Shown piece after piece: positions 1 through 14,979 of a stretch of 50,971 nucleotides of DNA. How positions within the stretch are numbered: position 1 is the stretch's first letter; each line of letters begins with the position of its first letter. The DNA lies in the NCBI RefSeq assembly GCF_006345805.1, contig NW_021834363.1:1-50971 (forward strand), in the 5' to 3' direction. The notes beneath the pieces are model-generated. The model ran no database searches. It was not told the origin of the DNA and worked only from the letters and a program-made list of their open reading frames with translations. The stretch is from Octopus sinensis (taxonomy: Eukaryota). Position numbers and translations under genes: made by a program.

Positions 1-526
1 ACAAGTTTTCAAATCACATGCAATTTCATATTTACGATAGCTGCTACAATTCTTACTGAACCTGATAATGTCAGTGACGTATGGTGTGTTGCCATGTTTT
101 TTGTGTATACCGTTGCCAATTGTGAACGCCATCATAAAGCAGTATAACTCAATAATAGTTCAGTCTATAAAACTCACCAAAACTGTTTGTCCAAGTTTGG
201 TTCAGTCAAGCTATGGAGAGGAATTCATAAACGCTAAGCTGTTCAAGACAATTGTTAACAATCATTTTCCATTGAGATACGAGATTGGTAAATCCATTAT
301 AAAACTGTTTCTAATCGTATCTTTTTTCTTTGCTTGCAACAATATAATAAGTCGAGAAGACTTGAACTTATCAGCGTTCACAAGGATTACTTTGATATTG
401 ATGACGTCTATGATACCTAAATTGTTGTCTATAATAAATACAAATCGTAGGTTAACAATAACCATGTTAGATAAAATTATCGAAAGAATTAATGCATATG
501 CCGGAGACGTTAATCCAGTTATTTGA
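1..526 (+). pseudogene. 3' part of a paralog of the 740-aa multipass membrane protein; +1 frameshift near 116-118; 5' part lies outside the window
   Basis: Frame 1 from base 1 reads TSFQITCNFIFTIAATILTEPDNVSDVWCVAMFFVYTVA, aligning to VSFNILCEYVFSIAVAVLAKPDTVGDIWFVSMFLLYGIA of ORF 33909-36131. Frame 2 then continues IVNAIIKQY...HFPLRYEIGKSIIKLFLIVSFFFACNNIISREDLNLSAF...VNPVI*. The frameshift could be a sequencing indel. Confidence 0.8.
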
Positions 527-590
527 TATTCTTTAATAAGATTAAAGGTACTTCAGGGTCTTTTATGGATTATTAACTACAGTGTATAAT

Positions 591-639
591 ATAATAATGA
601 TGATGATGATGATGATGATGATAATAATAATAAAATAAT

Positions 640-720
<81 letters not shown>
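591..720 (+). repeat. (AAT)n/(GAT)n microsatellite, start of retroelement train 1
   Basis: Direct reading; begins about 65 bp after the stop codon at 524-526. Confidence 0.95.
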
Positions 721-722
<2 letters not shown>

Positions 723-2484
723 GCACTGGACAAGCACCTGCACGAAAACAAACTGTTCCCAGAAGAGCAGAAAGGATGCCGCAAAGGCTCATATGGCTGT
801 AAAGATCAACTAATGATTAATAAAGCCTAACTGAAGACAGCCACAGAAAGAAGAAAGGCCAAATGACAAACAGCTGGAAACACTATTAAAGACAGTTCAT
901 GGATTTACCAAAAAAATAGATATGAAATTTGGATTAGAAAAATGCGCCAAAGTAACCTGAAAAGCGGAAAACTAGTTAAGAGTAACAACATCACACTAGA
1001 TAAAACCAATGAAATAAAAGAATTAGACCAAAGCCAAACTTACAAATACTTAGGAATCCATGAACTAGATAAGACACAACACACACAAATGAAAGAGAAA
1101 ATAAAAAAAGAATATTATAGACGAGTTAGATCAATACTAAACACAGAGCTCAATGCTAAAAACAAGATAATAGGTATCAACACTTTAGCTGTCCCAGTTA
1201 TAAGTTACAGCTACAATATCCTTAACTGGACACGAAATGAACTGACCAAAATAGATAGGAAAACAAGAAAAATAATGACAGGATCTAGGATGCATCACCC
1301 AAAATCTGACATAGAAAGACTATATATACAACGTATAGAAGGTGGTAGAGGCCTTATACAGCTGGAAAACTACTATAAAATAACCACCATAGGACTGCAA
1401 AAATATCTACTTCAGAAGGAAGGAAAACTGATCCAGATAGCGGCAAAACACGAGCAAAACAAAAAACTGTTCTCAGTATTTAAGGAAGCTGACAAATACA
1501 AACAAGAAATCATACCACCTAATAAACAAGAAGAAGAAGAAGAAGATGAAGAAACAACAAAAGCTATAAAACAAATGAAATCCAAACTAAAAATAGAACA
1601 GCAACGAACCATGATAAAACGATGGCAAGAAAAGCCCCTTCATGGTAAATACTGGACTAAACTAAGCGCAAAAGAAATAGACAAAGAAAAATCCCAGCAA
1701 TGGTTGAGAAGCTCAGACTCAAAGCAGAAACAGAGGGATTTTTAATTGCAGCACAAGACCAAAGCCTCCCCACCAGAAATTACCAAAAACATGTAATGAA
1801 AAGAAATATTACAAGTAACTGCAGAATATGTGGAGATGGACAAGAAACAATAAATCATATTATCTCTGGCTGCCCAGTCCTGGCTAAGAAGGAATATATT
1901 CACAGACATGACAGAGTTGGAACCTACATACATTGGAAGCTATGCCAACATTATGGAATAACAACAGAAAAAAGATGGTATAGGCACACACCAGAAAAGG
2001 TCACAGAAAACGTGAAAGCAACCATACTCTGGGATATGCCGATACACACGGATAGAGAAATTAAGGCCAACAGACCAGATATAGTTGTCAGAGATCATGA
2101 AGAAAAACAATGCTTTCTAATTGATGTATCAATACGGCAGATGACAACGTGTCTCTAAAAGAAATGGAGAAACTCTCAAAATACAAAGACCTGGAAATAG
2201 AGGTAACTAGAATGTGGAATCTGAAAACAGAAACAATTCCTATCATAGTAGGTGCATTAGGCATGATAAGAAAATATTCAGACAAATACATAACAAAAAC
2301 ACCAGGACTTACAAACACATATAACATACAGAAATTGCACTACTAGGCACTGCACACCTCCTACGCAGAACACTTTCCATACAATAACCATCAGAGCATC
2401 ACAACAAATCACAGCACATACCCAAGGCACACAGAGCTGCGCTCGGTAGTGAAGTGAAAGCACGCTATAAAAATAAGACTACTG
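721..2484 (+). mobile_element. R4/Dong-clade RLE non-LTR retrotransposon, subfamily B; 5'-truncated, internally deleted, frameshifted
   Basis: EEQKGCRKGSYGCKDQL (RT N-terminal part) is fused near 857 to NDKQLETLL...FGLEKCAK, so the YxDD region is missing. Also KYLG, CRICGDGQETINHIISGC (CCHC knuckle), RPDIVV...LIDVSI and KLSKYKDL (PD-(D/E)xK nuclease). The 3' UTR ends ...ctactg followed by AAT repeats. Confidence 0.9.
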
Positions 2485-2534
2485 AATAATGATAATAATA
2501 ATAATAATAATAAGGATAATAATAATAATAATAA

Positions 2535-3655
2535 TACTCAGTAACAAAACAGGCAAAGGAATATCTAAGTGAATTCCGAATACAACAAATTTCGGAATTA
2601 GAGATAGTCATACGAGAAAAAAGCACAGAAAAATCTAAGCGCATGAAAACCCGTGCCAAAACTGCGGCCTTAGATATTCTGAATAATAAATGGTAAGAAA
2701 AACCTCTTTATGGCAAATACCCAAAGAGAGCGAATAATGCAGATATTGACAAAGCGCTGACCCAACAATCGTTAATGGCCTATGGCTTAAAATCTGAAAA
2801 AGAAGGGTTTATCATAGCAGCTCAATATCAATGCCTACCAACAAGAAACTACCAGGCCAACATATTAAAGAACGGCAGTAGCCCAACATGTCGTGTATGT
2901 CGACAACAAAATGAAACCATTGACCATGTTGTCTCCAAGTGCAGTCTTCTAGCGCCTACAGAGTACCTCAACAGGCATGATAGAGCTGCACAATATATTC
3001 ACTGGGTAATTTGCAAAAACCTGGATTTGCCCCAATGAAAAAAACTGGTGGGAACACAATCCACCTCCAGTGTGCTTGAAAATGACCACATCTCACTCCT
3101 CTGGAACTTCACCATTCAAACTGACAGAAAAATAGATGCAAATAGGCCAGACATCATATTAAAAGACTTCAAATAAAGAACATGCCTCCTCATTGATATG
3201 ACTGTCCCAATCGATATAAACGTATCTGTCAAGACCTACCAAAAACTGAGCAAATATAAAGATCTTGAAATAGAAATCAGCAAAATGTGGAACCTGAAGA
3301 CTAAAACAATACCTGTTGTCATAGGTGCCCTGGGAATGATAGCGAAAGGGGCTGATTGCTACCTAACTCAGATACCAGGAAACCCCAAAATGGCAGAAAT
3401 TCAAAAGATAGTGCTCATGGGAACTGCTCATATCCTACGCAAAATACTCTCTATGTAATCTCAAGGTTTAAAACAAACATTTTTTTTCTTTTTTTAATTT
3501 ATTTATTAGACATTCACTAGTACAACACACAAAAAAACCAAATATATGGCACACTAGGCATAACAATAACATGAACTTCCAACCTGTTGTCTCTTGAGGT
3601 CTCTGGGTGAGACTTGGAGCCAACTTGTACAAACATAAAGCAAAAGTCAAACATA

Positions 3656-3656
<1 letters not shown>
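2535..3656 (+). mobile_element. R4/Dong-clade element, subfamily D; 5'-truncated, with stops
   Basis: EKPLYGKY, GLKSEKEGFIIAAQ, CRVCRQQNETIDHVVSKC, RPDIILKD...LIDMTVP, KLSKYKDL, GTAHILRKILSM*. About 200 nt 3' UTR; flanked by AAT on both sides. Confidence 0.9.
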
Positions 3657-4011
<355 letters not shown>

Positions 4012-4014
<3 letters not shown>

Positions 4015-4561
4015 TGCAGTACCAGGCAGTGGCTCTCATGGCTTCTGATCTTAACTGATTGGAAGTGTTATCATGTACATTGTTTTGTCTTGGTATAAAA
4101 GATGGGCTACAGCAAATATTCTGCTCAATACCACAGATTTGCTTGACAGTTGTTTGACCGTAACCAGTTGAGCATGTCCCTTAGTGGCTGACGATATGTG
4201 CATCTCTGATCATGAGCAGAAGTAGTGGGGGAGCATCATAGCCATGTGTTGAGAGGGATTCTTTGGGGTTTGAATAGTTCACCTCTGGAAACATGGGTAG
4301 TTCTTTCAACATCCTTAAACAACCCTTATTCAGGGACCGTTTGAGCGGGATGGGCTACTCAACCTGAAGAAAATTCTAATTGGGCCCCACCTGCAAGGTC
4401 ATGTGCTGTTTATCTTGATATGAGATCACCATGTCGCGCACATATGGTTGTGATGCATGTGCCTGGTGTACCTTTATCAGACGGGTAGTCATGATGGGTA
4501 TATTGGGCTTCGTATATTTTACCCCAGTGTCACTTTGATGGCATGCACTGCTCTCTCACTC
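4012..4561 (+). mobile_element. Non-coding ~550-bp repeat X, copy 1, embedded in (AAT)n; probable non-autonomous retroposon or isolated LINE 3' UTR
   Basis: Near-identical to 4906-5459; ends ...gctctctcactc|aataat; no TE ORF seen. Confidence 0.6.
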
Positions 4562-5734
<1,173 letters not shown>

Positions 5735-6467
5735 TAGAGCGCCAGCCTTCACAGCGGCTGGACGTGTTCCTCCTCGCTGCTCTGACAATTCAGTAGCCGA
5801 AAGCCATAGAAACACTAATATGACCCAGTTTAGCAACGGGGAAAAATAACTCTCAAAGACTGGAATATCTACAATATCTTGTGAGTATTTAAAATTCTCT
5901 TCAAAATAAGTTAAGAAATTTACAAATTTACATATCTACAGTTTTCAAACACACAATCGATCAGCTTTAAAATCTTTAATACCCACAATTGCCTCTGTAA
6001 ACATCCATTTTTTTAATTCTTTCTAAAAACATCACTCTTTTCTTTGTGTGGACTTACAAAAGACTACCTTTGGTGAACCTTAAAACTTTCTATGAAAATC
6101 TGACTTATCTGTGCTTCCTCCCTGAATATTCAAATATAGATGTAAACATATACTTTTTATTGCAAAAACACGCCTGTTCTTCTAACTGGACATACAAACA
6201 TCTCTAGAAAAGTCAACTTCAATCTCTACAATATTACCTTACCCGAAATATGCAAACACTTTTGTATTGCAATAACACAAACGCACATGGAAAAAAAATA
6301 ATGATACTAATTATAGATTCTCTCTGGTCGAACACAACTTCTCTATTCACAAATAATACAGAACAGAGTAACTCGGCCCTTCCTTAATTTTTCTTAAGGT
6401 TAAGGTCACTGTTCGCTGCTGAACTTTTTTGACCGATAGGACCCCTATCCCACCTAAAAAAAAAAGA
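5735..6467 (+). mobile_element. Non-coding repeat Y, copy 1 (possibly Penelope-related terminal sequence)
   Basis: Homologous to the reverse complement of 19315-20472 (e.g. agccatagaaacactaatatg...agtttagcaacggggaaaaataactctcaaagactggaa). Starts at an AAT tract and ends in an A-run. Confidence 0.55.
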
Positions 6468-6483
6468 TTACATGAGCCACATT

Positions 6484-6968
6484 TACTACTACTACTACTA
6501 CTACTACTACTGCTGCTGCTACAACTGCTACTGGTGCAGCTGCTGTAGCTACTACTGCTGCTACTGCTGCTGCTGCCACTACTGCTGTTGCTGCTGCTAC
6601 TACTACTGCTGCTGCTGCTACAACTACGGCCACTACTACTGCTGCTGTAGCTGCTGCTACCACTGCTGCTGCTGTCACTGCTACTACTACTATTGCTACC
6701 ATTGCTGCTGCTACTGCTCCTGCTGCTGCTACCACTGCTGCTGCTACAACCACGGCCACTACTGTTGCTGTTGCTGCTACTACTACTATTGCTACCATTG
6801 CTGCTGCTACTGCTGCTGCTGCCACCGCTGCTACTACTACTACTGGTACTACCACTGCTGCTGCTGATGCTGTTGCTGCGGTCATTACTATTGCTACTAC
6901 CACTGCCGCTGCAGCTGCTGACAATGATATTGCTGCTGCTATAACTACTGGGGCTGCTAATGATGATA
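6484..6968 (+). repeat. Degenerate (CTA)/(CTG) trinucleotide repeat with higher-order repeat units
   Basis: Direct reading; recurring words such as gctacaactacggccactactact and tactactattgctaccattgctgctgctactgct. Confidence 0.9.
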
Positions 6969-7079
6969 AATGAGGCCCCTATATGAAAATTAGTGGTTAA
7001 ATCTTTTATTTATTTTTTATTTTATTTTATCTATGTTTTTTTTTTAATGAAAACTTAATAATAATTTAACTTTACTTGA

Positions 7080-10000
7080 AAAGAAAATTTCTAACAGTAC
7101 ACCGAATCGGTTGCCCAATGGTTATAAAGGAAGCGCGTCCGTCAGGAGGCTGCCAGCTTGATGGCGAAAAATTTTCAAATGGCTGAATATCTTCCCCGAA
7201 TACGAACCTGGAAGGTCACTTAAACGGGATTTGTCCCAAATTAAGCCCCTAAAGTTCACCACCACAACGACCAGAAAATCAAAAAAGTAAAAGAACTAAA
7301 TGGAACTGGGAAGAATATAAAGAAGTAATATATGCTTATTAATTTGCATTAAGTAGACCAGCCCAAGGAGGAGCCGGAATCCAGCTAGCAGACCAAACCT
7401 GGATGAAAGCAGTTTAGCAAATGTTAGAAGAGATATCTTCAGAAATACCAGACTCACAGATGCAGAATTAACCTCTATTAAATAAGTGGTAGAGAATGAC
7501 CTAAATATAAGTCAGGAAAGAAATAACGAAGCTGAGGAGAGGAATGTTGGGCCACAAGCATTGACTGAAAGGCGACCATCTGCCGAAACGACTCAAGATC
7601 CTGAAGAAGTAGGAAAATATAATGACCCTAGAAAAAACAGCCCGGAAAATGATGTCGAAACAGAATTTGAAGACCTCATGTTTGTTGAACAACACAGAAA
7701 ATCTATCATTGAAATGAAGCAAGAAGTTCTGAATGAGCTTGCAGTTGTAGGCCATACAACTATGAATGATAGGGAACCATTCCATAAACTCTCAAATGCA
7801 CACCAACATAAAACACAAATTGGCAACTGCGTTACACAGGAAATCATACAACTAAAACCTGATCTTAATAAATTAAATGAAATTATTTACTCTGTCGCTA
7901 AGGTAATCGAAAGACGCTGTTTAACACCCAAAAAGCCAACAATACCAAATTCGAAGAGAAAATCAAATTGGAGGAGTAGAATTGAAACTGAAATTGAATA
8001 ATTGCGAAGGGAGATATCAATATTAACTGAGCTAATCTCTGGAAATTATGTAAGATCAAGAAAAGGCAGGAAGATTGTGAGAAAATATGGACACTCAACA
8101 AGAGAAGAACTAATGTCAGCGAAAGAAACACTTAAACAAAAAGTTCAAGCAAAAGCCCAGAGAATACGCAGACTTGAGAAAAGAATCAGATGCTACAAAC
8201 AAAATAAGATGTTCGAATCCAATGCCAAATCATTTTACAGGGAAATAGGGAAAGAAAAAATAACCATTGAAAATCCACCCCTAATGGAAGAAGTTGAACA
8301 CTTTTGGAAGGGGATCTGGAGTGATGAGAAACCATACAATGAAAATGCAGAGTGGATCAAACGCACCCAAGATGACTACAAAAATCTACAAGAACAGGTA
8401 TGGGAAGACATCTCAATCGCCGACCTAAGGAGGGCACTAACGAAGGCTCATAAGTGGAAATCCCCTGGTATTGATAGAGTACCAAATTTCTGGCTCTCAT
8501 CACTCTCGTCCGCACACAAAATGTTAGTAATACTATTTAATAGTATTATGAAAGACCCGGAAAAACACCACATTGGATGGCAAATAGTATTACTTACCTC
8601 CTCCCCAAAAATAACAAAACGAAAGACCCCCAAAACTACCGGCCTATAACATGTTTATCTACTACCTAGAAGATCTTGACATCTATTCTAGTAGAGAAAA
8701 CATATACGTTTATGGAAGAGAATAACCTCATTCCCAATGCAGACGAGGCTCATATGGATGCAAAGTTCAGCTCTTAACTAATCGCATGATCCTTGAGAAC
8801 TGCCATAACAAGCGCAGAAATCTCAGCTCTTCATGGATTGATTTGACAGCATACCACATTCGTGGATTCTGAAATCGCTGTACATTTTCAAAATTTCTCT
8901 TGTGATATCAGATTTTTCAAAGTATAATATGTCACTATGGAACACGAAGCTCCAATTATATCATTCTAAGGGAGTATTGCACTCAAACAACATTAGCATA
9001 AACTGTGGAAATTTCCAAGGTGACTCACTTTCACCCCTGATTTTCTGCATTGCACTTATACCACTCTCAAGTGAACTGAATAGAACAGGATATGGCTACA
9101 AAATTGACAACAGAAAAATAAGCCATCTATTTTATATGGATGACTTAAAGCTATATGGCAAAGATGATGAAGAGCTTGAAGCATTATTACATACTGTGAA
9201 AGGATTCAGTGATGATATCGGGATGGAGTTTGGCCTTGAAAAGTGTGACAAAGCCACTTTTAAGAAAGGGAAATTGGTAAAGTCTAGTTCAATCGAATTA
9301 GATGTCGAAATAGTAATAAAGGAACTTGAGCAGGAACAAACCTATAAATACCTAGGAATAAATGAAGGCTCTGGTATCCAGCATGAAAGCATGAAAGAGA
9401 AGGTTAGGAAAGAATGTTATAGAAGAGTTCGAGCAGTCCTGAAGTCTGAGCTGAATGCATATAATAAGGTGTTAGCCATAAATTCCTTAGCAGTACCAGT
9501 TGTTCTATATAGCTTCAATGTGCTTAACTGGAATACCAGTGAAATAATGAAAATTGACAGAAAAATCCGCAAGCTACTGACTTGTAATAAGATGCACCAT
9601 CCAAAGGCAGACGTGGATCGCCTTTACCTTCCCAGAGCTCAGGGAGGTCGAGGTTTGATCCAGCTTCAACTTATGTACAAAACCACCACAATCGAACTGG
9701 CCAAATACCTTGAAACAACCAACGATTGGATGCTAAAACTTGTTGAAAAACATGAAAGACCGAAAAAACTTCACTCTATTCTCAAAGAGAGCAAACAATT
9801 CGCTGCTGATCTCTTAGATACACACCAGATTGATCAGGCTGAAGGAAATACGCCAACTGCAGCTGCAAGGAAACAGATGGGAACAGAAACCTCTCCATGG
9901 CAAGTACGTGGCCCGTAGCAAACAAGCTGATGTCGACCAGAAACACACGCACCAATGGTTACGAAGCTCAGGGCTAAAAGCAGAGAGTGAAGGTTTCATA

Positions 10001-10807
10001 TTAGCTGCTCAAGACCAAAGCTTATTAACCCGGAACTACCAAGCCAATGTGATGAAAAATGGAGCTGACCCAAAATGCTGATTCTGTAACGAGGAGACTG
10101 AAACAACAGACAACCTAATCTCAGGGTGTAGAGTCTTAGCACCTTCAGAATATAAAGCAAGACATGACAGAGTCGGCCAGTATTTACAATGGACAATATG
10201 TGGCATTATAAAATCAAAACCGCTGACAAATGGTATAAACATCATCCTGAAGCTGTGACTGAGGGAGAAAATGTGTCGATTCTATGGGACTTCCCCGTGA
10301 GGACCGACAAGACTATAAAAGCTAATAAACCGGATATTATTATAATAGATCAGACAAAAAGGATGTGTTTATTAATTGACAAGAGTATTCCCTGTGATCA
10401 CAATATAGTGGCAAAGAATTTGACAAGATTAGTAAATATAAAGACCTGCTAATAGAAACTGAAAAAATGTGGCATCTCGAGGCGACTACAGTACCAGTGA
10501 TTGTAGGATCTGTAGGAATGATAAAAAAAGGTACTGAAACCTATTTGAAAATGATTCCAGGCTCACCATCCCTACAAGGAAGTGCAAAAAATCGTATTAA
10601 CTGGAACGGCTCATGTACTGAGAAGAGCACTATCGCTTTGAAAATAACATCCATCCATGAATTTATTTATTTATTAATTTTTAAATACATATTTTATCTG
10701 TGAATTTGCGTGTGTAATCTGGGAATGCATACAATGAGCTTCTCTTCCCTAGGTGTATGGAAAACACTCGGCGAGAAACGGAAGAAAATTTGAAGAAAGA
10801 AGGAAAA
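7080..10807 (+). mobile_element. Near full-length but degenerate R4/Dong element, subfamily A-prime
   Basis: Colinear with the element at 14979-18950. N-terminal KWNWEEYKEVIYAY, FQGDSLSPL, HLFYMDDLKLY, KYLG, MHHPKADVDRLY, KPDIIIID. Many stops and frameshifts; 3' end followed by AAT. Confidence 0.9.
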
Positions 10808-10830
10808 AATAATAATAATATTAATATTGC

Positions 10831-10866
10831 TGGTTCAGGACATTCTCACAGTCACAACGACACTCA
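10831..10866 (+). other. Unique right flank of the ancestral (AAT)n site; paralogous to 40455-40490
   Basis: tggttcaggacattctcacagtcacaacgacactca versus tggttctgggcattctcacagtcacaaacacactca: 32/36 identical, no gaps. Confidence 0.8.
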
Positions 10867-11439
10867 GCTCCCTCCTCCCTTCCCACTCTCTCATATATGT
10901 ATATATATATGTAGTGGTCTATGTAGCTAAATAGTTGAATGATGTCCCTTGCAAGAAGGTTTATAGAGTAGTCTCCCTTCACTGAGGTTCTGGAAACATC
11001 TGTGCCATGAGAGCGGATTCTTTATTATTCAAGAAGCTTAATGTTTCTCTTGGAAGTTTCTAGAATATCTAGCGTTCCATTAATAAAAACAGCTTGCTAA
11101 CCCTGCTTTCACTTCTCAGTCGATTAGACTTAGAGCCATTCACGTCATTGCTATGTCCGTCTGTTTCTCTACGCCACATGACTGAAAATCACCACGTAGC
11201 TGTTATTTCCATATTTCCTATCTCTGATCTGTCTTGCATAGATTATTTCATTCAACTAGATTCTACATTTTGATTACGTATCATCAACGACCATTAAATA
11301 AAATACATTTTTACGTAGTAAATATTGTTTTTGAATTTATTCATGATCTCTCTATGAAATCTTGTAATAACATACACGTATCCATATCAGCACCTGGAAC
11401 TGAATATATATTCCCACTACATAAATTGATGGCCCCGAC

Positions 11440-11630
11440 GTGATACGAAGACGCAGCCTTCTGTTACTACTCATCAGTCAACCAGACGAAGTTCGTGCCA
11501 GTCACGAGGCCAAACATCCCTGAAAGTTTCATGCGAATCCATCCACCGGTTCTTGAGAATCTTGTCCACGGACAGACTAACAAACACGACTTAAAAAATA
11601 CATCTTCCTTAAGGAAGGCGGATGTAATGA
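11440..11630 (+). mobile_element. Possible non-autonomous DNA-transposon/Helitron-like terminal relic
   Basis: aagtttcatgcgaatccatcc...acggacagactaacaaacacgac motif and a cttccttaaggaag palindrome resemble such termini from memory; no diagnostic ORF. Confidence 0.3.
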
Positions 11631-12479
11631 AAGAACAAGGTAAACAATAGATTGTTGATCTACGAAATTATTAATCAGTTATGTTCTGTTGCTTATCACA
11701 CACCAACAAACAAATGAGTAACCCTCACCACACCAACCAAGTCCACCGAAAAATAAAATGGAAACAATGTTTAGAGACAGATGAAATGAGTATAAATGAA
11801 TTAGTCTGGAAGAGGAGCGGAGAGCTGAGAGTAGAAACGTGGTAGCAGGAAGAGGAGATGAGAATAAATTAATTAACCAATAATTACATCGCAACCAATC
11901 AGTTGCTCAATGAATGTCACAGATACTCGTTCACAGGAAAGTAGGGGGTCGTTCATTGGGAAGGAAAATCTGGTGAGAAGTAAAGGGTTTGATTCAGATT
12001 GCAGGTTTTGAGAAACGATATGATGGAATTATTGCCTTTCGATTTAAACCGAAACCAAAGGGATCAATGGTGGGAATTTTGTGATTGTAACAAAGCTGAA
12101 GAGAGGAAAGCAGCCAAAAGAGAATTGATTGTCGGATGGTAGAACCCAAAACTGACTTTCTATGTAGGTAACTTATTGACTTTTACTATCAAACTTACAA
12201 CGGGGAAGTAAACATACCAAGTTGAGTGCACTGGTAGAAGAAAAAAAAATGATACTCAAAAATAATATCGATCAATTGGCGATAAACTGCTGATTTATTG
12301 CTTGTTAGAATCTCACGTGTAACATTTATACAAGCTGTGTGAACCATTAAGGGTCGGCTGTTTGCGATAGTGTGATAATATCAGAGTTGAACAAGCATCT
12401 GGGAAGACTTTGTGCACCTGTTGACCATCTTTTAATTAGTAAAGTTATGAGGTGTGGTGGCATAGGAGGAACCTGGTCA

Positions 12480-13380
12480 TAGTCTCTCTGGCGTAGCTAA
12501 CAGGGGAAGAAGTGGAGCACATTTTCCAAAATTAGCACCTTTTATAGGCTGGAAAATCTTGTATAATTGGAATGGGGAAGCAGTCGGGTGTCGTATCCGC
12601 GTTGAGACGGCGGTAATCTCCGCAGGGTCGATAACCTCCGTTGGATTTGGGGGCCACATGCAGGGGTGATGACCAGGGACTGCTTGTTTAGCGAACAATA
12701 CCCAAAGCCTCCATATTGTCAAATTCGGTCTTTGCGATTGCAATTTGTCTGGTGATAGACGACGTGTGCGGCTGCGCACTGGGGAGCCGGGGTAGAGATG
12801 TGGTGTGTCATCCCATGGTGGGCTGTAGGTTTGGAGAATGTCGGAGTGGATAGATTCGGGCGACTAAGAAGAAGATCCGAGAATTCCTTCTTGGTCTGCG
12901 AGATGGTTGCTATGCGGGGGGGGGGCGACATGTGTAGATGGTGCAAGAAGCACGGAAGCGTGTGTTTTTGTCGAGCAGTCATCTTCCCCGCAAATCCATC
13001 AGTAGCAAATGTGCTCGAAGAAAGGTGTTCAATATCGGCCGGCCCTAGAGTTGCCCTGGTTCACTGGTGAAGGGGTCCTGAAGCTATACGGTTGTTTACA
13101 TTTTGTCGCCTTTTTACCAAACTTTGCATTGTAGAAGCACAGGTCATCCTGCTTAACCCTACTCCGTCTCGGAACCGGCCCTATGGCGTTGACCAGGACA
13201 CCACTGGATAAAAAATTCCCGTCAGACGCCTTTGATAATTTCCAAATGTCCTTGATTTCGGTCTGAGTTATGAGGGCCTGGACCTGGGGTGACAGCTTGC
13301 GGAGGAATATTTCGTTAAACAAATAGTGACTCACCTGGGGTGGGGTGGGGACTAATGCCAACATTCTGTCCATCAGTTTT
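12480..13380 (-). mobile_element. Ty3/Gypsy LTR retrotransposon internal relic (gag, protease C-terminal remnant, start of RT)
   Basis: gag LCFYNAKFGKKATKCKQPYSF...GNSRAG; RT start across frameshifts RRLSPDKL...WSSPLHVAPKSNGGYRPCGDYRRLNADT. Most of the protease is deleted; no LTRs recognised. Confidence 0.85.
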
Positions 13381-13416
13381 GGCGAGTTGGAATTTATATA
13401 TATATAATATAATATA

Positions 13417-13830
13417 CTCTTTCCTTGTTTCAGTCATTTGACAGCGGCCATGCTGGAGCACCGCCTTTAGTCGAGCAAATCGACCCCGGGACTTATTCTT
13501 TGTAAGCCCAGTACTTATTCTATCGGTCTCTTTTGCCGAACCGCTAAGTAACGGGGACGTAAACAAGCAATGCTAAGTAACGGGGACGTAAACAAGCAAT
13601 GCTAGGGGGACAAACTCAGACACACAAACACACACACACACATATATATGCATATATACATATATACGACAGGCTTCTTTCAGTTTCCGTCCACCAAATC
13701 CACTCACACGGCATTGGTCGGCCTGGGGCTATAGCAGAAGACACTTGCCCAAGAATCCACGCAGTGGGACTGAACCCGGAACCATGTGGTTGGTTAGCAA
13801 GCTACTTACCACACAGCCACTCTTGCGCCT
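13417..13830 (-). mobile_element. tRNA-derived SINE resembling octopus OK/OR-type SINEs
   Basis: Minus strand aggcgcaagagtggctgtgtggtaag (A box) ...ggttcagtcccac (B box), then core-like ttgggcaagtgtcttctgctatagcc and a central microsatellite. Internal 29-bp tandem duplication near 13543-13600. Confidence 0.85.
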
Positions 13831-14048
13831 AATATAAATAATATATATATATATATATGCATATATACATACATATATGTAATACCTACATCTATATGTA
13901 TGTATACATGCATATATGGGTACAGGACATCAAAAAATAGTTGAACACAATGAGAAACGAAAAATTATTTTGAACGCATTAAGGAGACAGGTTATGAGAG
14001 GGACAGAATAAGCCGTCTTGTTTCGATGAAGATAACATTTGGAAAGAT

Positions 14049-14700
14049 GGCTTATATTACATTATATTATACTATATTATATTATATTATGTTATATTAT
14101 TATATTATATTATTATATTATATTATATTATATTATATTATATTATATTATATTATTATATTATATTATATTATACTATATTATATTATATTATATTATA
14201 TTTTATATTATATATTATATTATATTATATTATATTATATTATATTACATTATATTATACTATATTATATTATATTATATTATTATATTATATTATACTA
14301 TATTATATTATATTATATTATATTATATTATATTATTATATTATATTACATTATATTATACTATATTATATTATATATATTATTATATTATATTATATTA
14401 TATTATATTATATTATATTATATTACATTATATTATACTATATTATATTATATATATTATATATTATATTATACTATATTATATTATATTATATTATATA
14501 TATTATATTATTATATTATATTACATTATATTATACTATATTATATTATATTATATATTATATTATATTACATTATATTACACTATATTATATTATATTA
14601 TTATATTATATATTATATTATATTATATTATATTAGATTAGATTAGATTAGATTATATCATATATATATATATATATATATATTATATTATATATATATT

Positions 14701-14754
<54 letters not shown>

Positions 14755-14755
14755 A
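14049..14755. repeat. (TATTA)n pentanucleotide satellite grading into (GATTA)n and (TA)n
   Basis: Direct reading. Confidence 0.95.
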
Positions 14756-14946
14756 ATGGAGTTGAACGCAGATGCTATTACTTTCGACATTCTCTTAGAG
14801 AAGAGAATATGGAAGAGTTCAGAGTACCGCAAGAAATTTTACACTGATATATAGAATTCTTGACCTTAGAATTATTAGACATAAATTTAATTCTGTTGGG
14901 GTTGTCCTCAGAGACCAAAACCATGTTTTTATTGCTATCATTATTA

Positions 14947-14978
<32 letters not shown>

Positions 14979-14979
<1 letters not shown>

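Noticed and set aside
5735-5820. HDV-like or hammerhead ribozyme at the start of repeat Y (tcctcgc; ctgac...ccgaaagcc)
   Set aside because: No P3/P1.1 pairing or properly placed P2; tcctcgc is not conserved in copy 2; the core reads CTGACAG/CTGACAA rather than CTGANGA.
11660-12470. Possible Penelope GIY-YIG or CR1 fragment
   Set aside because: Only vague translated resemblance; no convincing motif in any frame.
13760-13830. tRNA gene (also 48757-48830)
   Set aside because: A/B boxes belong to SINE heads; no cloverleaf or acceptor stem, and SINE body follows.
14026-14646. About 200-aa YYIIL-repeat ORFs
   Set aside because: Translation of a (TATTA)n satellite.
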